This document shows, in pieces, positions 1 through 12,400 of a stretch of 64,000 bases of DNA. Numbering within the stretch: the stretch's first letter is position 1; each line of letters starts with the position of its first letter. A model generated the notes under the pieces. That model made no database searches, was not told where the DNA came from, and saw nothing but the letters and a program-made list of their open reading frames with translations. Origin of the DNA: Auanema rhodensis (lineage: Eukaryota > Animalia > Nematoda); assembly GCA_964057225.1 (NCBI GenBank), contig OZ059895.1:248001-312000 (forward strand), given 5' to 3'. The translations under genes were made by a program, and so were the position numbers.

Positions 1-147
1 TAATGCATCATTTTTCAAACGATCATAACTAATTTTTGTATTAAGCGTTTCTCAATGTAGTATAGTGCATTCGATGCGGATTTTTAAGCTGCGTCGATCT
101 GTGTTATCAGATTTGCGCTAGTTTATAAATGCACCGAGATATCAACT

Positions 148-169
148 GATATAAGTTCACACTTATATC
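148..169. repeat. Perfect 9-bp inverted repeat in each monomer (GATATAAGT-TCAC-ACTTATATC)
   Basis: Arms 148-156 and 161-169 are exact reverse complements with a 4-nt loop. Confidence 0.93.
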
Positions 170-271
170 CTCGATTTTCACCCTGAAGGAATAATTTTTT
201 CGTTGAATAACATTGTCCATTGTCTTTGCCTTGAAAAATGGAATCTAAAAACATCTACTTTTTGCTAAATT

Positions 272-306
272 ATTTTGAAATTTTTCGAAAAAATTTTTGT
301 CAAAAT
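272..306. repeat. A/T-tract palindrome in each monomer, centred on TTTTTCGAAAAA
   Basis: 281-292 is a perfect 12-bp palindrome, flanked by the complementary ATTTTGA (272-278) and TCAAAAT (300-306). Confidence 0.85.
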
Positions 307-320
307 GTTTTTGGAAGCAT

Positions 321-346
321 TGTTGAGTGTACATGGAAACTCAACA
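321..346. repeat. 8-9-bp inverted repeat in each monomer (TGTTGAGT-GTACATGGAA-ACTCAACA)
   Basis: Arms 321-328 and 339-346 are exact reverse complements. The common A allele at position 320 pairs with T347 and extends the stem to 9 bp. Confidence 0.9.
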
Positions 347-430
347 TACACTAATGCATCATTTTTCAAACGATCATAACTAATTTTTGTATTAAGCGTT
401 TCTCAATGTAGTATAGTGCATTCGATGCGG

Positions 431-481
431 ATTTTTAAGCTGCGTCGATCTGTGTTATCAGATTTGCGCTAGCTTAAAAAT
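431..481. repeat. Imperfect 51-bp hairpin in each monomer (positions 80-130; shown in monomer 2)
   Basis: ATTTTTAAGCT and AGCTTAAAAAT form a perfect 11-bp outer stem; ATCTG/CAGAT form an inner stem around a TGTTAT loop. Confidence 0.88.
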
Positions 482-3400
482 GCACCGAGATATCAACTGA
501 TATAAGTTCACACTTATATCCTCGATTTTCACCCTGAAGGAATAATTTTTTCGTTGAATAACATTGTCCATCGTCTTTGCCTTGAAAAAAGGATTCTAAA
601 AACATCTACTTTTTGCTAAATTATTTTGAAATTTTTCGAAAAAATTTTTGTCAAAATGTTTTTGGAAGCATTGTTGAGTGTACATGGAAACTCAACATAC
701 ACTAATGCATCATTTTTCAAACGATCATAACTAATTTTTGTATTAAGCGTTTCTCAATGTAGTATAGTGCATTCGATGCGGATTTTTAAGCTGCGTCGAT
801 CTGTGTTATCAGATTTGCGCTAGCTTAAAAATGCACCGAGATATCAACTGATATAAGTTCACACTTATATCCTCGATTTTCACCCTGAAGGAATAATTTT
901 TTCGTTGAATAACATTGTCCATCGTCTTTGCCTTGAAAAAAGGAATCTAAAAACATCTACTTTTCGCTAAATTATTTTGAAATTTTTCGAAAAAATTTTT
1001 GTCAAAATGTTTTTGGAAGCAATGTTGAGTGTACATGGAAACTCAACATACACTAATGCATCATTTTTCAAACGATCATAACTAATTTTTGTATTAAGCG
1101 TTTCTCAATGTAGTATAGTGCATTCGATGCGGATTTTTAAGCTGCGTCGATCTGTGTTATCAGATTTGCGCTAGCTTAAAAATGCACCGAGATATCAACT
1201 GATATAAGTTCACACTTATATCCTCGATTTTCACCCTGAAGGAATAATTTTTTCGTTGAATAACATTGTCCATCGTCTTTGCCTTGAAAAATGGAATCTA
1301 AAAACATCTACTTTTTGCTAAATTATTTTGAAATTTTTCGAAAAAATTTTTGTCAAAATGTTTTTGGAAGCATTGTTGAGTGTACATGGAAACTCAACAT
1401 ACACTAATGCATCATTTTTCAAACGATCATAACTAATTTTTGTATTAAGCGTTTCTCGATGTAGTATAGTGCATTCGATGCGGATTTTTAAGCTGCGTCG
1501 ATCTGTGTTATCAGATTTGCGCTAACTTAAAAATGCACCGAGATATCAACTGATATAAGTTCACACTTATATCCTCGATTTTCACCCTGAAGGAATAATT
1601 TTTTCGTTGAATAACATTGTCCATCGTCTTTGCCTTGAAAAAAGGAATCTAAAAACATCTACTTTTTGCTAAATTATTTTGAAATTTTTCGAAAAAATTT
1701 TTGTCAAAATGTTTTTGGAAGCAATGTTGAGTGTACATGGAAACTCAACATACACTAATGCATCATTTTTCAAACGATCATAACTAATTTTTGTATTAAG
1801 CGTTTCTCAATGTAGTATAGTGCATTCGATGCGGATTTTTAAGCTGCGTCGATCTGTGTTATCAGATTTGCGCTAGCTTAAAAATGCACCGAGATATCAA
1901 CTGATATAAGTTCACACTTATATCCTCGATTTTCACCCTGAAGGAATAATTTTTTCGTTGAATAACATTGTCCATCGTCTTTGCCTTGAAAAAAGGAATC
2001 TAAAAACATCTACTTTTTGCTAAATTATTTTGAAATTTTTCGAAAAAATTTTTGTCAAAATGTTTTTGGAAGCAATGTTGAGTGTACATGGAAACTCAAC
2101 ATACACTAATGCATCATTTTTCAAACGATCATAACTAATTTTTGTATTAAGCGTTTCTCAATGTAGTATAGTGCATTCGATGCGGATTTTTAAGCTGCGT
2201 CGATCTGTGTTATCAGATTTGCGCTAGCTTAAAAATGCACCGAGATATCAACTGATATAAGTTCACACTTATATCCTCGATTTTCACCCTGAAGGAATAA
2301 TTTTTTCGTTGAATAACATTGTCCATCGTCTTTGCCTTGAAAAATGGAATCTAAAAACATCTACTTTTTGCTAAATTATTTTGAAATTTTTCGAAAAAAT
2401 TTTTGTCAAAATGTTTTTGGAAGCATTGTTGAGTGTACATGGAAACTCAACATACACTAATGCATCATTTTTCAAACGATCATAACTAATTTTTGTATTA
2501 AGCGTTTCTCAATGTAGTATAGTGCATTCGATGCGGATTTTTAAGCTGCGTCGATCTGTGTTATCAGATTTGCGCTAGTTTATAAATGCACCGAGATATC
2601 AACTGATATAAGTTCACACTTATATCCTCGATTTTCACCCTGAAGGAATAATTTTTTCGTTGAATAACATTGTCCATTGTCTTTGCCTTGAAAAATGGAA
2701 TCTAAAAACATCTACTTTTTGCTAAATTATTTTGAAATTTTTCGAAAAAATTTTTGTCAAAATGTTTTTGGAAGCATTGTTGAGTGTACATGGAAACTCA
2801 ACATACACTAATGCATCATTTTTCAAACGATCATAACTAATTTTTGTATTAAGCGTTTCTCAATGTAGTATAGTGCATTCGATGCGGATTTTTAAGCTGC
2901 GTCGATCTGTGTTATCAGATTTGCGCTAGTTTATAAATGCACCGAGATATCAACTGATATAAGTTCACACTTATATCCTCGATTTTCACCCTGAAGGAAT
3001 AATTTTTTCGTTGAATAACATTGTCCATTGTCTTTGCCTTGAAAAATGGAATCTAAAAACATCTACTTTTTGCTAAATTATTTTGAAATTTTTCGAAAAA
3101 ATTTTTGTCAAAATGTTTTTGGAAGCATTGTTGAGTGTACATGGAAACTCAACATACACTAATGCATCATTTTTCAAACGATCATAACTAATTTTTGTAT
3201 TAAGCGTTTCTCAATGTAGTATAGTGCATTCGATGCGGATTTTTAAGCTGCGTCGATCTGTGTTATCAGATTTGCGCTAGCTTAAAAATGCACCGAGATA
3301 TCAACTGATATAAGTTCACACTTATATCCTCGATTTTCACCCTGAAGGAATAATTTTTTCGTTGAATAACATTGTCCATCGTCTTTGCCTTGAAAAAAGG

Positions 3401-6400
3401 ATTCTAAAAACATCTACTTTTTGCTAAATTATTTTGAAATTTTTCGAAAAAATTTTTGTCAAAATGTTTTTGGAAGCATTGTTGAGTGTACATGGAAACT
3501 CAACATACACTAATGCATCATTTTTCAAACGATCATAACTAATTTTTGTATTAAGCGTTTCTCAATGTAGTATAGTGCATTCGATGCGGATTTTTAAGCT
3601 GCGTCGATCTGTGTTATCAGATTTGCGCTAGCTTAAAAATGCACCGAGATATCAACTGATATAAGTTCACACTTATATCCTCGATTTTCACCCTGAAGGA
3701 ATAATTTTTTCGTTGAATAACATTGTCCATCGTCTTTGCCTTGAAAAAAGGAATCTAAAAACATCTACTTTTCGCTAAATTATTTTGAAATTTTTCGAAA
3801 AAATTTTTGTCAAAATGTTTTTGGAAGCAATGTTGAGTGTACATGGAAACTCAACATACACTAATGCATCATTTTTCAAACGATCATAACTAATTTTTGT
3901 ATTAAGCGTTTCTCAATGTAGTATAGTGCATTCGATGCGGATTTTTAAGCTGCGTCGATCTGTGTTATCAGATTTGCGCTAACTTAAAAATGCACCGAGA
4001 TATCAACTGATATAAGTTCACACTTATATCCTCGATTTTCACCCTGAAGGAATAATTTTTTCGTTGAATAACATTGTCCATTGTCTTTGCCTTGAAAAAT
4101 GGAATCTAAAAACATCTACTTTTTGCTAAATTATTTTGAAATTTTTCGAAAAAATTTTTGTCAAAATGTTTTTGGAAGCATTGTTGAGTGTACATGGAAA
4201 CTCAACATACACTAATGCATCATTTTTCAAACGATCATAACTAATTTTTGTATTAAGCGTTTCTCAATGTAGTATAGTGCATTCGATGCGGATTTTTAAG
4301 CTGCGTCGATCTGTGTTATCAGATTTGCGCTAGTTTATAAATGCACCGAGATATCAACTGATATAAGTTCACACTTATATCCTCGATTTTCACCCTGAAG
4401 GAATAATTTTTTCGTTGAATAACATTGTCCATTGTCTTTGCCTTGAAAAATGGAATCTAAAAACATCTACTTTTTGCTAAATTATTTTGAAATTTTTCGA
4501 AAAAATTTTTGTCAAAATGTTTTTGGAAGCATTGTTGAGTGTACATGGAAACTCAACATACACTAATGCATCATTTTTCAAACGATCATAACTAATTTTT
4601 GTATTAAGCGTTTCTCAATGTAGTATAGTGCATTCGATGCGGATTTTTAAGCTGCGTCGATCTGTGTTATCAGATTTGCGCTAGCTTAAAAATGCACCGA
4701 GATATCAACTGATATAAGTTCACACTTATATCCTCGATTTTCACCCTGAAGGAATAATTTTTTCGTTGAATAACATTGTCCATCGTCTTTGCCTTGAAAA
4801 AAGGATTCTAAAAACATCTACTTTTTGCTAAATTATTTTGAAATTTTTCGAAAAAATTTTTGTCAAAATGTTTTTGGAAGCATTGTTGAGTGTACATGGA
4901 AACTCAACATACACTAATGCATCATTTTTCAAACGATCATAACTAATTTTTGTATTAAGCGTTTCTCAATGTAGTATAGTGCATTCGATGCGGATTTTTA
5001 AGCTGCGTCGATCTGTGTTATCAGATTTGCGCTAGCTTAAAAATGCACCGAGATATCAACTGATATAAGTTCACACTTATATCCTCGATTTTCACCCTGA
5101 AGGAATAATTTTTTCGTTGAATAACATTGTCCATCGTCTTTGCCTTGAAAAAAGGAATCTAAAAACATCTACTTTTCGCTAAATTATTTTGAAATTTTTC
5201 GAAAAAATTTTTGTCAAAATGTTTTTGGAAGCAATGTTGAGTGTACATGGAAACTCAACATTCACTAATGCATCATTTTTCAAACGATCATAACTAATTT
5301 TTGTATTAAGCGTTTCTCAATGTAGTATAGTGCATTCGATGCGGATTTTTAAGCTGCGTCGATCTGTGTTATCAGATTTGCGCTAGCTTAAAAATGCACC
5401 GAGATATCAACTGATATAAGTTCACACTTATATCCTCGATTTTCACCCTGAAGGAATAATTTTTTCGTTGAATAACATTGTCCATCGTCTTTGCCTTGAA
5501 AAATGGAATCTAAAAACATCTACTTTTTGCTAAATTATTTTGAAATTTTTCGAAAAAATTTTTGTCAAAATGTTTTTGGAAGCATTGTTGAGTGTACATG
5601 GAAACTCAACATACACTAATGCATCATTTTTCAAACGATCATAACTAATTTTTGTATTAAGCGTTTCTCAATGTAGTATAGTGCATTCGATGCGGATTTT
5701 TAAGCTGCGTCGATCTGTGTTATCAGATTTGCGCTAGTTTATAAATGCACCGAGATATCAACTGATATAAGTTCACACTTATATCCTCGATTTTCACCCT
5801 GAAGGAATGATTTTTTCGTTGAATAACATTGTCCATCGTCTTTGCCTTGAAAAAAGGAATCTAAAAACATCTACTTTTTGCTAAATTATTTTGAAATTTT
5901 TCGAAAAAATTTTTGTCAAAATGTTTTTGGAAGCATTGTTGAGTGTACATGGAAACTCAACATACACTAATGCATCATTTTTCAAACGATCATAACTAAT
6001 TTTTGTATTAAGCGTTTCTCAATGTAGTATAGTGCATTCGATGCGGATTTTTAAGCTGCGTCGATCTGTGTTATCAGATTTGCGCTAGTTTATAAATGCA
6101 CCGAGATATCAACTGATATAAGTTCACACTTATATCCTCGATTTTCACCCTGAAGGAATGATTTTTTCGTTGAATAACATTGTCCATCGTCTTTGCCTTG
6201 AAAAAAGGAATCTAAAAACATCTACTTTTTGCTAAATTATTTTGAAATTTTTCGAAAAAATTTTTGTCAAAATGTTTTTGGAAGCATTGTTGAGTGTACA
6301 TGGAAACTCAACATACACTAATGCATCATTTTTCAAACGATCATAACTAATTTTTGTATTAAGCGTTTCTCGATGTAGTATAGTGCATTCGATGCGGATT

Positions 6401-9400
6401 TTTAAGCTGCGTCGATCTGTGTTATCAGATTTGCGCTAACTTAAAAATGCACCGAGATATCAACTGATATAAGTTCACACTTATATCCTCGATTTTCACC
6501 CTGAAGGAATAATTTTTTCGTTGAATAACATTGTCCATCGTCTTTGCCTTGAAAAAAGGAATCTAAAAACATCTACTTTTTGCTAAATTATTTTGAAATT
6601 TTTCGAAAAAATTTTTGTCAAAATGTTTTTGGAAGCAATGTTGAGTGTACATGGAAACTCAACATACACTAATGCATCATTTTTCAAACGATCATAACTA
6701 ATTTTTGTATTAAGCGTTTCTCAATGTAGTATAGTGCATTCGATGCGGATTTTTAAGCTGCGTCGATCTGTGTTATCAGATTTGCGCTAGCTTAAAAATG
6801 CACCGAGATATCAACTGATATAAGTTCACACTTATATCCTCGATTTTCACCCTGAAGGAATAATTTTTTCGTTGAATAACATTGTCCATCGTCTTTGCCT
6901 TGAAAAAAGGAATCTAAAAACATCTACTTTTTGCTAAATTATTTTGAAATTTTTCGAAAAAATTTTTGTCAAAATGTTTTTGGAAGCAATGTTGAGTGTA
7001 CATGGAAACTCAACATACACTAATGCATCATTTTTCAAACGATCATAACTAATTTTTGTATTAAGCGTTTCTCAATGTAGTATAGTGCATTCGATGCGGA
7101 TTTTTAAGCTGCGTCGATCTGTGTTATCAGATTTGCGCTAGCTTAAAAATGCACCGAGATATCAACTGATATAAGTTCACACTTATATCCTCGATTTTCA
7201 CCCTGAAGGAATAATTTTTTCGTTGAATAACATTGTCCATCGTCTTTGCCTTGAAAAATGGAATCTAAAAACATCTACTTTTTGCTAAATTATTTTGAAA
7301 TTTTTCGAAAAAATTTTTGTCAAAATGTTTTTGGAAGCATTGTTGAGTGTACATGGAAACTCAACATACACTAATGCATCATTTTTCAAACGATCATAAC
7401 TAATTTTTGTATTAAGCGTTTCTCAATGTAGTATAGTGCATTCGATGCGGATTTTTAAGCTGCGTCGATCTGTGTTATCAGATTGGCGCTAGTTTATAAA
7501 TGCACCGAGATATCAACTGATATAAGTTCACACTTATATCCTCGATTTTCACCCTGAAGGAATAATTTTTTCGTTGAATAACATTGTCCATTGTCTTTGC
7601 CTTGAAAAATGGAATCTAAAAACATCTACTTTTTGCTAAATTATTTTGAAATTTTTCGAAAAAATTTTTGTCAAAATGTTTTTGGAAGCATTGTTGAGTG
7701 TACATGGAAACTCAACATACACTAATGCATCATTTTTCAAACGATCATAACTAATTTTTGTATTAAGCGTTTCTCAATGTAGTATAGTGCATTCGATGCG
7801 GATTTTTAAGCTGCGTCGATCTGTGTTATCAGATTTGCGCTAGTTTATAAATGCACCGAGATATCAACTGATATAAGTTCACACTTATATCCTCGATTTT
7901 CACCCTGAAGGAATAATTTTTTCGTTGAATAACATTGTCCATTGTCTTTGCCTTGAAAAATGGAATCTAAAAACATCTACTTTTTGCTAAATTATTTTGA
8001 AATTTTTCGAAAAAATTTTTGTCAAAATGTTTTTGGAAGCATTGTTGAGTGTACATGGAAACTCAACATACACTAATGCATCATTTTTCAAACGATCATA
8101 ACTAATTTTTGTATTAAGCGTTTCTCAATGTAGTATAGTGCATTCGATGCGGATTTTTAAGCTGCGTCGATCTGTGTTATCAGATTTGCGCTAGCTTAAA
8201 AATGCACCGAGATATCAACTGATATAAGTTCACACTTATATCCTCGATTTTCACCCTGAAGGAATAATTTTTTCGTTGAATAACATTGTCCATCGTCTTT
8301 GCCTTGAAAAAAGGATTCTAAAAACATCTACTTTTTGCTAAATTATTTTGAAATTTTTCGAAAAAATTTTTGTCAAAATGTTTTTGGAAGCATTGTTGAG
8401 TGTACATGGAAACTCAACATACACTAATGCATCATTTTTCAAACGATCATAACTAATTTTTGTATTAAGCGTTTCTCAATGTAGTATAGTGCATTCGATG
8501 CGGATTTTTAAGCTGCGTCGATCTGTGTTATCAGATTTGCGCTAGCTTAAAAATGCACCGAGATATCAACTGATATAAGTTCACACTTATATCCTCGATT
8601 TTCACCCTGAAGGAATAATTTTTTCGTTGAATAACATTGTCCATCGTCTTTGCCTTGAAAAAAGGAATCTAAAAACATCTACTTTTCGCTAAATTATCTT
8701 GAAATTTTTCGAAAAAATTTTTGTCAAAATGTTTTTGGAAGCAATGTTGAGTGTACATGGAAACTCAACATACACTAATGCATCATTTTTCAAACGATCA
8801 TAACTAATTTTTGTATTAAGCGTTTCTCAATGTAGTATAGTGCATTCGATGCGGATTTTTAAGCTGCGTCGATCTGTGTTATCAGATTTGCGCTAGCTTA
8901 AAAATGCACCGAGATATCAACTGATATAAGTTCACACTTATATCCTCGATTTTCACCCTGAAGGAATAATTTTTTCGTTGAATAACATTGTCCATCGTCT
9001 TTGCCTTGAAAAATGGAATCTAAAAACATCTACTTTTTGCTAAATTATTTTGAAATTTTTCGAAAAAATTTTTGTCAAAATGTTTTTGGAAGCATTGTTG
9101 AGTGTACATGGAAACTCAACATACACTAATGCATCATTTTTCAAACGATCATAACTAATTTTTGTATTAAGCGTTTCTCAATGTAGTATAGTGCATTCGA
9201 TGCGGATTTTTAAGCTGCGTCGATCTGTGTTATCAGATTTGCGCTAGTTTATAAATGCACCGAGATATCAACTGATATAAGTTCACACTTATATCCTCGA
9301 TTTTCACCCTGAAGGAATAATTTTTTCGTTGAATAACATTGTCCATTGTCTTTGCCTTGAAAAATGGAATCTAAAAACATCTACTTTTTGCTAAATTATT

Positions 9401-12400
9401 TTGAAATTTTTCGAAAAAATTTTTGTCAAAATGTTTTTGGAAGCATTGTTGAGTGTACATGGAAACTCAACATACACTAATGCATCATTTTTCAAACGAT
9501 CATAACTAACTTTTGTATCAAGCGTTTCTCAATGTAGTATAGTGCATTCGATGCGGATTTTTAAGCTGCGTCGATCTGTGTTATCAGATTTGCGCTAGCT
9601 TAAAAATGCACCGAGATATCAACTGATATAAGTTCACACTTATATCCTCGATTTTCACCCTGAAGGAATAATTTTTTCGTTGAATAACATTGTCCATCGT
9701 CTTTGCCTTGAAAAAAGGAATCTAAAAACGTCTACTTTTCGCTAAATTATTTTGAAATTTTTCGAAAAAATTTTTGTCAAAATGTTTTTGGAAGCAATGT
9801 TGAGTGTACATGGAAACTCAACATACACTAATGCATCATTTTTCAAACGATCATAACTAATTTTTGTATTAAGCGTTTTTCAATGTAGTATAGTGCATTC
9901 GATGCGGATTTTTAAGCTGCGTCGATCTGTGTTATCAGATTTGCGCTAGTTTATAAATGCACCGAGATATCAACTGATATAAGTTCACACTTATATCCTC
10001 GATTTTCACCCTGAAGGAATAATTTTTTCGTTGAATAACATTGTCCATTGTCTTTGCCTTGAAAAATGGAATCTAAAAACATCTACTTTTTGCTAAATTA
10101 TTTTGAAATTTTTCGAAAAAATTTTTGTCAAAATGTTTTTGGAAGCATTGTTGAGTGTACATGGAAACTCAACATACACTAATGCATCATTTTTCAAACG
10201 ATCATAACTAATTTTTGTATTAAGCGTTTCTCCATGTAGTATAGTGCATTCGATGCGGATTTTTAAGCTGCGTCGATCTGTGTTATCAGATTTGCGCTAG
10301 CTTAAAAATGCACCGAGATATCAACTGATATAAGTTCACACTTATATCCTCGATTTTCACCCTGAAGGAATGATTTTTTCGTTGAATAACATTGTCCATT
10401 GTCTTTGCCTTGAAAAATGGAATCTAAAAACATCTACTTTTTGCTAAATTATTTTGAAATTTTTCGAAAAAATTTTTGTCAAAATGTTTTTGGAAGCATT
10501 GTTGAGTGTACATGGAAACTCAACATACACTAATGCATCATTTTTCAAACGATCATAACTAACTTTTGTATCAAGCGTTTCTCAATGTAGTATAGTGCAT
10601 TCGATGCGGATTTTTAAGCTGCGTCGATCTGTGTTATCAGATTTGCGCTAGCTTAAAAATGCACCGAGATATCAACTGATATAAGTTCACACTTATATCC
10701 TCGATTTTCACCCTGAAGGAATAATTTTTTCGTTGAATAACATTGTCCATCGTCTTTGCCTTGAAAAAAGGAATCTAAAAACGTCTACTTTTCGCTAAAT
10801 TATTTTGAAATTTTTCGAAAAAATTTTTGTCAAAATGTTTTTGGAAGCAATGTTGAGTGTACATGGAAACTCAACATACACTAATGCATCATTTTTCAAA
10901 CGATCATAACTAATTTTTGTATTAAGCGTTTCTCAATGTAGTATAGTGCATTCGATGCGGATTTTTAAGCTGCGTCGATCTGTGTTATCAGATTTGCGCT
11001 AGCTTAAAAATGCACCGAGATATCAACTGATATAAGTTCACACTTATATCCTCGATTTTCACCCTGAAGGAATAATTTTTTCGTTGAATAACATTGTCCA
11101 TCGTCTTTGCCTTGAAAAATGGAATCTAAAAACATCTACTTTTTGCTAAATTATTTTGAAATTTTTCGAAAAAATTTTTGTCAAAATGTTTTTGGAAGCA
11201 TTGTTGAGTGTACATGGAAACTCAACATACACTAATGCATCATTTTTCAAACGATCATAACTAATTTTTGTATTAAGCGTTTTTCAATGTAGTATAGTGC
11301 ATTCGATGCGGATTTTTAAGCTGCGTCGATCTGTGTTATCAGATTTGCGCTAGTTTATAAATGCACCGAGATATCAACTGATATAAGTTCACACTTATAT
11401 CCTCGATTTTCACCCTGAAGGAATAATTTTTTCGTTGAATAACATTGTCCATTGTCTTTGCCTTGAAAAATGGAATCTAAAAACATCTACTTTTTGCTAA
11501 ATTATTTTGAAATTTTTCGAAAAAATTTTTGTCAAAATGTTTTTGGAAGCATTGTTGAGTGTACATGGAAACTCAACATACACTAATGCATCATTTTTCA
11601 AACGATCATAACTAACTTTTGTATCAAGCGTTTCTCAATGTAGTATAGTGCATTCGATGCGGATTTTTAAGCTGCGTCGATCTGTGTTATCAGATTTGCG
11701 CTAGCTTAAAAATGCACCGAGATATCAACTGATATAAGTTCACACTTATATCCTCGATTTTCACCCTGAAGGAATAATTTTTTCGTTGAATAACATTGTC
11801 CATCGTCTTTGCCTTGAAAAAAGGAATCTAAAAACATCTACTTTTTGCTAAATTATTTTGAAATTTTTCGAAAAAATTTTTGTCAAAATGTTTTTGGAAG
11901 CATTGTTGAGTGTACATGGAAACTCAACATACACTAATGCATCATTTTTCAAACGATCATAACTAATTTTTGTATTAAGCGTTTCTCGATGTAGTATAGT
12001 GCATTCGATGCGGATTTTTAAGCTGCGTCGATCTGTGTTATCAGATTTGCGCTAACTTAAAAATGCACCGAGATATCAACTGATATAAGTTCACACTTAT
12101 ATCCTCGATTTTCACCCTGAAGGAATAATTTTTTCGTTGAATAACATTGTCCATCGTCTTTGCCTTGAAAAAAGGAATCTAAAAACATCTACTTTTTGCT
12201 AAATTATTTTGAAATTTTTCGAAAAAATTTTTGTCAAAATGTTTTTGGAAGCAATGTTGAGTGTACATGGAAACTCAACATACACTAATGCATCATTTTT
12301 CAAACGATCATAACTAATTTTTGTATTAAGCGTTTCTCAATGTAGTATAGTGCATTCGATGCGGATTTTTAAGCTGCGTCGATCTGTGTTATCAGATTTG

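Larger units (their letters stand above)
1..351 (+). repeat. Representative monomer (phase set arbitrarily by the window start)
   Basis: 351 bp, about 109 G+C. It has a GC-richer segment (~45-190) and an A/T-tract-dense segment (~232-312). Confidence 0.97.

Noticed and set aside
198-214. CENP-B box-like TTTCGTTGAATAACATT
   Set aside because: It matches only the 5' TTCGTTG part of YTTCGTTGGAARCGGGA and lacks the essential CGGG.
1-351. Tandem RNA gene unit (5S rRNA, tRNA, snRNA, SL RNA)
   Set aside because: I recognise no 5S or tRNA sequence, cloverleaf or internal promoter boxes. An Infernal/Rfam scan would be the formal test.
1-351. Assignment to a named satellite (Drosophila 359-bp/1.688, Tribolium TCAST, primate alpha dimer) or a MITE/Helitron origin
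   Set aside because: The size and AT content are similar, but I recognise no sequence match, terminal inverted repeats or target-site duplications. This needs BLAST/Dfam.
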